From positions 60,142,001 to 60,206,000 of the forward strand of contig NC_045696.1 of assembly GCF_009834535.1 (NCBI RefSeq): a stretch of DNA of 64,000 nucleotides, given 5' to 3'. A program made the position numbers and the translations under genes. Positions 23,164 to 35,934 of the stretch are shown one piece after another. Numbering within the stretch: the stretch's first letter is position 1; each line of letters begins with the position of its first letter. The notes under the pieces are model-generated. The model was not told where the DNA came from. It searched no databases and saw only the letters and a program-made list of their open reading frames with translations. The DNA comes from Camelus ferus. Its lineage: Eukaryota.

Positions 23164-24629
23164 TTCCCTGTCTTATTCACACCTCTGCCCCCAGCACCCA
23201 GAACACCCTGGCACAAGCAGGTGCTCAGTAAATATTTATGGAATAAAGGAACAAATGGACGAGTATCATCCAGTTTGTTGCAGGTGTGGGGAGCAGGGAT
23301 GCCAAGTAAATAAGATATTATCCTGGGCCTTCAGACTCAGCATGCATTTAGATAATTTATTTTCCCAAAGTTGGTTGTCATAATCAAATAATTCACAAAC
23401 AGAAAATAAATTAGTAAAGAAATGTGGGGAACATACTTGACTTTTCATTCATTTTAAAGACATGCTACTACAAAAACAAGAGTAAAATAATATTTTACAG
23501 CTGTTAGAAATGTTCACATTGACAATGTTCATTTCTGGGGGGTGCAGATAATTTAACATGCTTACAAATGCTATGTCTGCTTCAAAAGGCAATTCAGAAA
23601 CAGACATTAAGAACCATAAAAAATGTTCTTATCTTTTGACCAAGAAATTCACTTCTAGGACTCTAGCCTAAGGAAACATTTTCAAACGAAGGGAACATTA
23701 TACATACAAGTACATTTGCTGCACTATTATGTGTATTATAAAATTAAAAACAACTATTAATTCCCAAGAGCAGAGGAATAAATGCGGTGACTGTCCTTGA
23801 TGAAACGTATGCCAGCGTCGCACAGGGTGAAGATGAAAGCAGCAGTAGGGGAGGGTGCTTATTCTACTCAGGCATGCGAAAAAGGCAGGGTTCCGACTAT
23901 ACAGCCAAGTGCGTGAACACTGTGCCTCTGTAAAGATGGGCCCTGGAAGCAAACATGGACAAATTAATGTGCTTTGACTTGTTGGGAGGCAGGACTGTGG
24001 GTGAGCTCTCCTCTTGAGATTTTCTCTCTCACACACAAAGACGTCAAGGGCTCTGAGGTGCTTCAAACCCTGACATGTGCACTTTCCATCACAGGAGCAG
24101 CATTCCAACCACCTCGGCCTTCAGAAGGGGAGGCACTGGCTTTTGGATTCTTGGCTTGTAAAACTCCACAGTTGCTTATCCACGCACCTCACTGAGTTTA
24201 CGCAGTTCTCAAAAAAAAAAAAAAAATTCTCATCATAGGAAGTTTTATGGACTTAAGTCCAACTGATGACCTCTCTTCTGGAAATTCAGCTCTAGGAGAA
24301 GTTGTATGGAGGGGTTTGCCCAAGGAAGTAGTTTGACTTCTCACCTACTTCCTCCTCTGCTTGCAGATGATAAAGAACGTTTACTAAGGGCAGAAAGCTG
24401 TCTCTTGGCCACACACTGCAATCCAGGTTCCCTCCTGGAGGAAGAGAGCGGTTCCAGAGATTATAGCGCTGCTCTCATGGCTGCCAGCGCTGGGCCTGGG
24501 CTTGTGCCCGTTGAGAGGAAGATGGTCCACAACGGACGGGAGAAGTTTTGCAGCTGTTGGGGGTTGCAGTTGTTTCTGGTTTGCACCTGCCAGCCTTCCC
24601 CAGCCAGCTCTCCCTGAAGTGAGAGGCCA

Positions 24630-24802
24630 TGCAGTGAGGGCGTGCCTTCGGAGTGTGTGCCCTGGGCCAGCAGCACCAGCGGGGCTTGGGAACTTCTGAG
24701 AGGTGCACGTTTCAAGCCCAGCCCAGACTTATGGAATCAGTCGTCTGTGTTTTAACAAGACTCCAGAAAACGCTGCTGCACGCTCGGGCGTGAGAGCCAC
24801 TG
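24630..24802. mobile_element. MER5-like hAT MITE remnant
   Basis: ccagcagcacc...ggaatcag...ttttaacaag...gagccactg resembles the MER5A consensus. Confidence 0.55.
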
Positions 24803-25485
24803 CGCTCGTGGCACAAAAGAAAAAGTGATCCGTGCAAACAGCGTTAGAGAACATTGGTTCACTTAGACAGGGAAGGTATTTGCATTTTCACATTTAAGTC
24901 AGTCATTCTGATTATACAATCTTATTTACTTCAAGTATATGTTTAATTGTCCTCTAACACTTGCATATCTCCCATTATAAGGAAGGGAACTGCTCAAAGA
25001 GCCTTTGGCAAACAAAGATATCCACCTATAATCCAATCACATTTTATTTTTATTGTATTTATTTTATGGTTACTATTCTATTCATGGAAAAGGAAACTCA
25101 TTTTTTATTTGAGGTGATGATGTAAAATTTACTTTAAAAGTCAATTCATTTAGGCCTTAAAAAAAATAAGTTGATTTCAAGAAAAAGATTATGGAAGAAA
25201 GAGTAGAGACCTTAAACGGTTGTTCAAGAATCCTGCGTGGAAACACGATGCTAAGACACATCACTGGATGGGTGTTGAAGAAGAGGGCCTTTAAAAGTAG
25301 GTGGTTGGGAAAAGCAAACAGGAAAATTAACTAAAAAAGAAATACGAAAAACATGAAAAATATCACATCACACTAGTTAAAGAGAACATTGACCCAAGCC
25401 TGCACTGGAGCTGAACTCTGAGTTATTTTCTAATAATTTGGTTATTTTCAGATAAGCACCTATTCCTGGGAAGTCGCCCCCTACC

Positions 25486-26102
25486 TTTGCCGAAAGATCG
25501 GCTTCTGTCCCTGACTAGGCAAAGAATTGAGAGACCAGGTCTTGGAGCCTAGAAGAAAAGAGGCAGCTTTATTATTTTGCAGGGCAAAGGGGACTCCCAG
25601 CAGGCTGGTGCCTTCAAAACTGTGACCCCGTCTTAGGGTTGGGGCTTAGTGATTATATAGTGAACAAATTGGAGAGTAAAAGGGGAGTCTCTGCAAGAGT
25701 CTCCTGTGAAGCTTCTTCCTAAATCTTGGCGAGTCTGTCCGGCATCAGGGGACTGTCCAGGGGTCTGGAGGGTCATCAGCCCATGACCTTCATTATCTGA
25801 TCAGACTCATTAGGCACCAGGAGGGACTTCAGAGGGTCTGGTTACACTCCTGAGGTTGTTGTCCAGGGACTCCCTTTCTAGGGGAATGACTCAGAATCCA
25901 AACATGATTGTAAATTTCAATTGCCAGAGTGAGGTAAAACAACAGGGAAATTAATAACTGTAAGTCTAACTCTAATTGTGACAATGGGCCTGGGGCTGGG
26001 GCAGTGTCTGGTCAGTCAGATTTGCCGACTGTTTTAAAAGCAAAAGGCAAGTATAAGGCCAGGAATTAGCTTAAGAGCGGCCATTTTATTATTTCTCTTT
26101 CA
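25486..26102 (-). mobile_element. Solo LTR (ERV1-like)
   Basis: ttgccgaaag...tttca termini; minus-strand AATAAA (~25568) and TATA (~25654) in LTR order. Confidence 0.65.
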
Positions 26103-27659
26103 CACTCCTGCTGACTGTGAGTCTGGGGAGAGTGCAATGACATTTAACTTGACACTGAAGGCTCGATGTCGACTTGCAATTAGCCCAATAATCTTTAACC
26201 AGACATTCTTTTTGGTTGTCGCCGTTTCTCGTCACCTATACAATGTCTCTTCCAAGAAGGAATCTTTGGTGTGGCTTTCTCAGGAACTGTTTTCTTTACA
26301 GCAAATTTGAAATACAACTTGGTCATGCATTCGTAAGTGATTTCCTGGGAGGCGGCAAAGCACCAGGAATCAATTACATACTCTGACTGTGGGCCTATTT
26401 TGCTGACAAAGATGAAAAGAATGATACTGCTTGCTGTGGACCACGGTGTGTGGGAAACAGGCCTCGTACACAGCCTTTGGGGGAAGGGAAATCTGGCAAT
26501 ATGTATCCCAGAACTTTAACATGGACTTAACGCTTGATCCAGCAATTCCAGGAATGTATCCCAAGGAAGCAGCCAGACATGTGCTCAAAGACAGTGCTAC
26601 AAGGATGTATCACTATTATGTTTCATAGGAAAATATTTGAAACTATGCAAATATCCAAAAGCTGGAGCTCGGTTAAGACAAATGTAGTCATTATGACAAA
26701 GGAAATTTTCAACAATGCTGCGTTTACTAAGTATGAATAATTACAAAACAGTATATACAATGAGGAGCTATGCTGGGGTTCCACCAGCCCGTGTCGGGTT
26801 CTGATGTTTTCCTTTATTCACTAAATACTCTTGAGCATCTACAAGTGCCAGACGCTGTCCCAGGCTCTGGGGATGGAGTGGTAATCTGAAACGAGCGTCT
26901 CTGAGGTAACTCTGCAAAGGGCTGTGAAGGACATGCTGAAGGTGTGGTGGGAGCAGCAGTGGGAAGTCCTCACTCTGGAACACTCTCTGCAAAATGCACC
27001 CAGGAATCACCACCAGCAGAGGCCAGCAAACGGGGGCCCACGATACAGAGCCCTCGACTGACTGACTTTCTTTGAGGGCCAATATCCCCATCTCTGCTCC
27101 AGCCTGGACAGCAGCTGCCACACAGGGCAGGGCCAGAAACCACCCTCCCCTCTGACCTCCTCCCATGATGCGGGGTCTGCCTCCCTTCCTTTATGGAAAC
27201 GCTCTCCCACCTGCCCTGGGCCTCTCCCCAGAAGGTTCCTGGTGTCTCTGTAAATCACAGGGATGGGGAGTGGGTGGTGGGAGGTGGGGCTGGGAGGGAA
27301 TGTCTGCAGAACTTCTCTCTGGAAGCCATCTTGTCCTGGCTCCTGCTGAGTCAAGATGCCCTGTAATAATCTGCCCTGTAACTATGTGGAGTTCCTTGAA
27401 AAATATTTCCAGATCTCTCAATAATGCCTACCCAGAGGGTGGCGTAAATGTGTGGGTTTTATGAATGGAAAAACTAGGTACCTCCGAGGCACAATCTCTG
27501 AGAGTCTTTTCTTCTCTGAGAAAAACTTAAATTTTAGTGGAAATACTCCAGTGCTCTTGCAGGGCTGGGTTCCCAGGGTGTTGTCCGCAACGGGTCCCAG
27601 TGTGGAGAGGTGAGGAGAGTGGTTTTCCCCAGTACCCACTCCCAGAGAATTAAAAGTGA

Positions 27660-28362
27660 GCTGGGTATCACATTTTCGTCACCAGGATGGCTGTGATCAA
27701 AAAGACAGTAACTGCAAGTGTTGGTGAGAATGTGGAGAACTGGAATCCTCACACAGTGCTGGTAGGGAGTAAAACGGTGCAGCCACTTTGGACAACAGTC
27801 TGGCAGTTCCTCAAAAAGTTAGACATAGAGTTACCACGTCACCCAGCAATTCCACTTCTTCCTAAGAGAAAGGAAAAAATGTCCACACAAAATTTTGTAC
27901 ATGAGTTTGTTATTCATGATGTCCAAAAGACGGAAAGAACCCAGTCTTCATCACTGATGAATGGATGAACAAAATGTAGTACATTTAGTCAATGGAACAC
28001 TGTTCCACCATGAAAAGGAATGAAGGACTGATACATGCTACCGTGTGGATAAAGCTTGAGAATAATATGCTCGGTGAGATAAACCAGTCCCAAAAGACCA
28101 CATATTGTGTGATTCCATTTATAGCAAATGTCCAGAATAGGCAAATCTATAGAGAGAGAAAATGGATTATATGTTCCCTAGGGCTAGGGGGGAGGTGGGA
28201 GGATGAGGGGATGATGGCTAAGAAGTATGGGTTTCTTTCTGGGATGACGGAAATGTTCTAAAATTGGTTGTGGTGCTGCATTGAATTTAAATGGGTGTAT
28301 TGCATGATATATGAATCGTATCTTAATAAACCTGCTACCTCAAAACTAAAATTTAAAAAAGC
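27660..28362 (+). mobile_element. Old L1 (L1MB-like) 3' end
   Basis: ORF fragments VGENVENWNP...VQPLWTTVWQFLKKL; typical 3' UTR; A-rich end. Confidence 0.8.
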
Positions 28363-28642
28363 AAGCTGGGATGGATTAGGTGGAAACCCCTCCAGGGCAA
28401 TTTTAAAGAGGACTGGCTTAAAGGAAAATTTTCTTCACCAGTGGCCTCCCTCTGCCTACAGACAAGCTTGGTAATGATCACAACTCTGTATAGCTCAGAA
28501 GAGCTATAGAAATAGAGTTATTATGTTCCTAACAACCTACACTTAAAAAGCACCTACCATGTGCCACCATTCTACATACTTTACAGTTCTTAGCTCAAAG
28601 GCATGAAGGTGATTTACTATTATATCACACATGCTTTAGCCA

Positions 28643-29123
28643 TGGTGACTCAAATATATGCATAGCCTAAATATTGAGAGTTATGTCTTATTTGGTGGAT
28701 ATTTCTGAGGGTTCAAACTCCTTCAGTCACGGGATGACAGCCTCCCAGGTAGCTCTGAATGACTGCTCTGAAGAGGTAGGGGAGGAGCCAGGATATACAG
28801 GAGTTTTACAACAACGACCAGGTAGTTGGAACATTAAAAGATTACTTGTTAACTGAAGAAAACAAGACATCTCAAGTTAAACAATTTAGCGCTTTTCTAT
28901 GTATGGGAGGGAGCAAACATTTGGGCTCATTGAAATCATTCCTTTGACAAGTACCTAGCTGTCTAGGGCCAGAATCCTATCCTTTCTTATTCTGAGTCCC
29001 ATGAGGCTGCAGAGGCCAGGCTGCCTGCCTGTCTTCACTGTGGGGGGTGGTGCAGTGGCTGATGATTTGATGGCTTCAGCATTCTTTGTTTACTGATTTT
29101 ATTTGCAGTATTTTTTATTTACA
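28643..29123 (-). mobile_element. Solo LTR (MER41-like, ERV1)
   Basis: TG...CA termini, TSD gcca/gcta, reverse-complement similarity to the LTR at 59591-59973. Confidence 0.75.
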
Positions 29124-29450
29124 GCTAAGAATCAGAAACACAGGGAAGACTGTGACAGATCTGGGTAGCAAATTTTTTCAGTAAAGGGCTGGATAGTAAA
29201 TATTTCAGGCTTTGTGATCCAAGAGACAAAACTGAGGATATTATGTAGACATTTATATAACAAGAGAGAAAACAAATTTCCAAAAAAAAATGTATTGATG
29301 AAATGTAAAATAGATTAATTGAGCATAACTTTTGGTAATACTGGTTTACTAATAAAGAATAGAATTACTGAGGTAGGGGGTTAATATTTCGCTTAATTGA
29401 AGTTCAGGAAGTTAGGTTCACTATGTCATCAAAACTGATCACAAATTTTC

Positions 29451-30000
29451 TGTTGCAGAAAAATGTGTTACAGCTCAGTGTTACAGTTCAGTTGTGACAG
29501 CAACCTGGATCCCGGCGAGAGACCAAGCAGCACTCAGAGAGTTGGAGAACTCGGGTTTATTATGCCAGCGGCCCCAGAGGAGTTAACACTCCAAATTCTG
29601 GACCCTGCTGTAGGTTTACACAGGCTTTTATAGGCTGCCAGTTTACATTTTGCAACATCATATGCAAATAAGGTATAACAAAAGTTGACTAATTAGGAAC
29701 AAGCTTTGTAGAAATGGACCAATCAGGAGGGAGAGAAATAACCAGTCATGAATGAGGGAAATGGACCAATCAGGAGTAAAAGAAATAACCAATCAAGAGT
29801 GAGAGAAATAACCAATCAGGAGTGAGCTCAGGGAATCAATAGCATTTTATGGGTAAATTCCACTTTCCTAGAAGTAAGCCATTTCAGAGGCAAAAAGTGA
29901 GATAGAGCCTCTGGGCCAGGGAACTGGATGGTGCTGGCAGGAGAGTAGTGGCCCTGCCTGGGGGTCCTACCGGTCTTTTTTTGTGGGGCTTCCCACCTCA
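29451..30000 (-). mobile_element. Solo LTR (ERV1-like) with tandem CCAAT boxes
   Basis: TGTTG...CA termini, TSD tttc/gttc, minus-strand AATAAA ~29557 and TATAAA ~29630, four CCAATCA copies at 29715-29820. Confidence 0.8.
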
Positions 30001-31373
30001 GTTCAACTGTTAATGCTGATTTATAATGAAATTTATGTATTTCATCTTTGAAAATGTCTTTTCATACTCAGAGGCTATAATGCCAAATGCTGATATCAGC
30101 CCACAAGCATGTAACTTTCATTAAGTATATCCACTGCTCGGAAGGCAGCTATAGGAATCTACTAGATTCTTCTATTGGTAGTTGCCCTTTAGCAGCCATT
30201 ACACTGCAAATTAATCATTTCCAATTGAATGTTAGGTAGTTGTTCCTCAATTGCATAGTAAAACAGATTTTGAAATACAGAAAGTTTCTTTGCACTTGCA
30301 TTGAACTCAAAAAACAGAGCCAGAACTGTGGTTTAAGTTCAGAAAATACGTCTGCTGCAAATTTGTGTGGGAAAGATTTTCTTCTTTTAACTTTTGACCA
30401 CATGAGAAGCATAGATAGTAGCTTGATATTTCTTGTGAATTACACATTATTAGATTGTTGTTAAAATGACGTTTCCATCGTACAAAATTTGCATGTAGTC
30501 CTGCTTTGCCTTGTAAATGTAAGTTGAGTTCTTTAAGAAGCATTATCAAGTCTTTAGCAAAAGATACTTTCAAACCCCAGTCTTGTTTGACTGTAGTGGT
30601 TATGAGAGATTCTTCTCACTCAGAAAGAGTTTAATCTTAGCCCTGTGCTCAAAAACTTGCAATAAACCTTTAGTACTGCTAAGCCATCAAACTGCTTTAT
30701 AGTAGGGTAAGACAAGATACTAGCTTTTATACTGGATTAAAATTCACAAAACCAGTGACGGTGAAGTCCACTGATAGTGAATGAAATTACAGTACCAGCT
30801 CACAACATATGATGTATACAAATATCTTCCACAAAATATTTACTCATAAATAATACAATGAACAATAATAGGCTTTAAAAAAATAGGTTTGTGTGTGGTG
30901 TATGTTTCTAAAATAAGACAGAATTAGATTTAGCCTGGGTCAGAATTTAAGTAAAATATAAAATATTCAAATGATGAATATAGAGGATTATTTAAAATTT
31001 TTAACATGTGAAAAGATTCCCCAAGGGGTCCTTCAGGAAGCACATATTTCAAATGCTCTTAAATATTTAATTTAGAAATACTTGACTTTATTATTGGCCA
31101 ATAATACATGTGGCAAAATTGTACCCTGTGAACTTTGGAAAACTGTATCTGCAAATAAAATTGACATCATGTGTCATCTGTACATACTATATGTTACATT
31201 TATTTACTTTTAATAAAGTTTGTAGTTAAAAAAAAGAAATAATTGTCTTTAAAATATTTTGAAAGACATACGTACTAGGCAAATCATAATGCATTCATTC
31301 TGATGTAAAGTAGTAAAATTATCCTGTAAACTTTCATGGCCATTTTTCTACACAGTAAAAGAAATATCTTAAC

Positions 31374-32758
31374 TTTTTTCCTGACATTTCTTATTGATTT
31401 ACAATAATTTTACAATGTTGTGTCAAATTCCAGTGTAGAGCACAATTTGTCAGTTATACATGAACATATATATATTCATTGTCACTTTTTTTTCTCTGTC
31501 AGCTACCATAACATCTTGTATATATTTCCCTGTGCTATACAGTATAATCTTGTTTATCTATTCTACATTTTGAAATCCCAGTCTATCCCGTCCCACCCCC
31601 TGCCCCTTGGCAACCACAAGTTTGTATTCTATGTCTATGAGTCTGTTTCTGTTTTGTATTTATGTGTTTGTGTGTGTGTGTGTGTGTGGTTTTTTTGTTT
31701 GTTTGTTTGTTTTTAAGATTCCTCATGTGAGCAATCTCACATGGCATTTTTCTCTCCTCTCTGGCTCACTTCACTCAGAATGACATTCTCCAGGAATATC
31801 CATGTTGTTGCAAATGGCGTCATGTTGTCGGTTTTTGTGGCTGAATAGTATTCCATAGTATAAATATACCACTTCTTCTTTATTCAGTCATCTGTTGATG
31901 GACATTTAGGCTGTTTCCATGTCTTGGCTATTGTAAATAGTGCTGCTATGAACATTGGGGTGCAGGTGTCTTCCTGAAGTAGGGTTCCTTCTGGATTTAT
32001 GCCCAGGAGCAGGATTCCTGGGTCATATGGTAAGTCTATTCCTAGTCTTTTGAGGAATCTCCACACTGTTTTCCACAGTGGCTGCACCAAAGTACATTCC
32101 CACCAGCAGTGCACAGGAGGGTTCCCTTTTCTCCACAGCCTCTATAACATTTGTCATTTGTGGACTTTGAAATGATGGCCATTCTGACTGGTGTGAGGCG
32201 ATACCTCATTGTAGTTTTGATCTGCATTTCTCTGATAATTAGTGATATTGAGCATTTTTTCATGTGCCTATTGATCAGTTGTATGTCTTCCTTGGAGAAT
32301 TGCTTGTTTAGGTCTTCCACCCATTTTTGGATTGGGTTGTTTGTTTTTTTCTTATTAAGTCATATATGCTGCATATATATTCTGGAGATCAAGCCTTTGT
32401 CGGTTTCATTTGCAAAAATTTTCTCCCATTCCATAGATTGTCGTTTTGTTTTACTTATGGTTTCCTTTGCTGTGCAGAAGCTTGTAAGTTTAATTAGGTC
32501 CCATTTGTTTATTCTTGCTTTTATTTCTATTGCTTGAGTAGACTTGAGTAGACTGTTCTAGGAGAACATTTTTGAGATGTATGTCGGATAATGTTTTGCC
32601 TATATTTTCTTCTAGGAGGTTTATTGTATCTTGTCTTATGTTTAAGTCTTTGATCCATTTTGAGTTTATTTTTATGTATGGTGTAAGGGAGTGTTCTAGC
32701 TTCATTGCTTTACATGCTTCTCTCCAGTTTTCCCAACACCATTTGCTGAATAGACTGT
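31374..32758 (-). mobile_element. Relatively young 5'-truncated L1
   Basis: ORF2 C-terminal peptides ([22 protein letters not shown]); TSD aatatcttaac at 31363-31373 and 32759-32769. Confidence 0.9.
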
Positions 32759-32919
32759 AATATCTTAACATTTGTTAGTTTTAAATACTAAATATTCATT
32801 GGAGTATTTTTAAATTATTTAGAAAGTTGATTAGTGAAGAACATTTTCCTTTTAAACACAAGTAAAATCTCCTACTTGTGTAATATTCCTGATCAAATTT
32901 TTGTTTGTGCTTCTCTTTT

Positions 32920-33373
32920 TGAATTTTTAAAAATTGAAGTATAGTTGATTTACAATGTTGTGTTAATTTCTAGTGTACAGTATAGTGATTCATTTATACA
33001 TATATATATTCCTTTTCCTATTCTTTTACATTATAGGCTTTTAAAAGTTATTGAATGTAGTTCCCTGTGCTATAACTTACTGTTTAGTTGTTTTATATAT
33101 AGTGGTTAGCATCTATAAATCCCAACCTCCCAGTTTATCCCTCCCCACCCCTTTCTCCCTCTGGTAACCATAAGTTTGTTTCTTATGTCTATGAGTCTGT
33201 TTCTGTTTTGTAAATAAGTTCATTTGTGTCATTTTTCATATTCCACATATAAGTGATATATGGTATTTTTCTATCTCCTTCTGGCTTACTTCACTTAGTA
33301 TGATGAGCTCCAGGTCCATCCATGTTGCTGCAAAATGTTACTATTTTATTCTTTTCACGGCTAAGTAGTATTC

Positions 33374-33405
<32 letters not shown>

Positions 33406-34938
33406 ATCTCACAACTTCTTTATCCTAAAGAATCCATGGAAAAACTACTAGAGTTGATAAATGAATTTAGCAGGGTGTCAGGACACAAGACTAACATACA
33501 GAAATCTTGCATTGCTTTACATTAACAATGAAATATCAGAAAAGGAAAGTTTTAAAAAAATTCTCTTTTAAAATCATATCCAAAAAAAAAAAAAAAAAAA
33601 AACTCAGGAATAAATTTGACCAAGGAGGTGAAAGGCTTATATGCAGAGAACTATAAAACATTGATTAAGGAAATTAAATATGATTTAAAGAAATGGAAAG
33701 CTATCCCATGCTCTTGGATTGGAAGAATTAATATTGTTAAAATGGCCAACTACCCAAAGCAATCTACAGATTTAATGCCATCCCTATCAAATTACCCAGG
33801 ACATTTTTCACAGAACTAGAACAAATAATCCTAAAATATATATAGAATCACAAAATACCCAAAATTTCCAAAGTAATACTGAAGGAAAAAAAAAACCCCA
33901 AAGCTGGAAGAATAACCTCCCAGACTTCAGACAATACTAGAGTAATCAAAACAGCATGATATTGGCATAAAAACAGACATATGGATCAATGGATCAGAGC
34001 AGAGACACCATAAATAAATCTATACACCTACAGTCAATTAATCTTTGGCAAAGGAGGCAAAATATACGATGGAGAAAAGATAGTCTCTTTGACAAGTGGT
34101 GTTGGGAAAACTGGATAGCAGCATGTACATCAATGAAATTAAAACACTCCCTCACACTATACACAAAAATAAACTCAAAATGGCTTAAAGACTTAAATAT
34201 AAGACAAGACATCATAAAACTCCTCAAAGAGAACATAGGCAAAACATTGTTTGATATAAATCATAGCAATGTTCTCCTAGGGCAGTCTACTAAGGCAATA
34301 GAAATAAAAGCAAAAATTAACAAATGGGACCTAAGATTAAACTTATAAGCTTTTGCACAGCAAAGGGAAACATAAATAAAATGAAAATACAACTTATAAA
34401 AAGAGAGAAAATATTTACAACTAATGCAACTGACAAGGGCTTAATTTCCAGAATATACAAACAGCTCATACAACTCAATAACAAACAAACAAACCACCCC
34501 TCTCAAAAAAAAAAACCCGAATCCAAAAATGGGCAGAAGACCTAAACAAACAGTTCTCCATTAAAGACACACATGGCCAATAGGCATATGAAAAAATGCT
34601 AGATATCTCTAGCTATTAGAGAAATGCAAATAAAAACTACAATGAGTTATCATCTCACACTGGTCAGAATGGCCATCATTTAAAAGTCCACAAACGATAA
34701 ATGCTGAGAGGGTTTGGAGAAAAGGGAACCCTCCTACACTGTTGGTGGGAATGTAGTTGGATGCAGCCATTATGGAATACATTGGAGAGATCCTTCAAAA
34801 ACTGAAAATAGACTTGCCTATGATCCAGTAATTCCATGCCTGGGCATATATCCAGAGGAAACTCTAATTCAAAAATATACATGCACCCCAATGTTCACAG
34901 CAGCACTATTTACAATGGCCAAGACATGGAAGCAACCA
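32920..34938 (-). mobile_element. L1 with 5' inversion (minus 32920-33425; plus 33426-34938)
   Basis: The minus segment is the L1 3' end. The plus segment is the immediately upstream ORF2 sequence and ends just before where the minus segment starts. Confidence 0.85.
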
Positions 34939-35934
34939 TAGCCTTTAAATGTCTAACATTTTTACAACTTTATAAATGAATCCAACTATAGTTTTTTTCT
35001 GCACCACACATATTTCTACAACATTCAGTTGTAACATATTTTAATAGATTCCACTTCAGTTTATAACGGAAATACTGTTTTTTCAACTTCTTTGAAAATA
35101 GCCTTTTTCAAAAAACAGCTTTCTTGAGACTTAATTCACCTATCATGCAACTCACCCATTTAAAGTGTATAATTATATTTTGAAAATATTCTTTCCTATA
35201 GTTGTTCCACAGAGGCTATTCATCGAGGCTAATTCTTCAGTCACTTCGAACATGTCACTGACTCCTTGAAAAAAGAACAACTGAGTAGTCCTGGTGACAT
35301 CTATCAAATCATCAAGAGCCAAGGAAAATCACTCAAAATTATTTGCCTTGTTTATTAGTTGACCAAAGACACTCTTCCCTGTAGTCTCAACTCTCGGAGC
35401 AACTGATTTTGCTGACACAGTTTTAAACAAGTTTCTTTCCTCTGGATACATTTCTTTGGCTGCTGGAAACACAATTTAATTAATTCATGCCTACATGGCT
35501 TTTTTGCTTGACTAACAAATGAGCCACTTGCAAACTTGCTTTGATTGTAGCCTGATTTTCATTATTTAATTTTATGATGAAATTCTTCTGTAATGAGATA
35601 TTCCATTTAAAATTTTCTATTTTTCCTGATGGTTGCTTTCCTGTGAGTTCGGAATATTGCGGTATATCCTTAATCTGAAAATGTAAACATAATCTATTAT
35701 TTTAATCCACCTATAATGTCACTGCCTAATAAATAATGCTTTTCCATCAAATCTGATAACAAAATAACCCATACTGGGATTTAAAACATAATCTTTGAAG
35801 TCCATTTTGTCTTCTTGTTTTGAAATGATTGATATGAATTGCTGATTTAAAAAAGAAAATACTGAAGCATTGGCATTTCCTAAGAGGCTAGAGATGGGAC
35901 ACAAAATTCATTTCCCATTGCTAATACAAAATCT

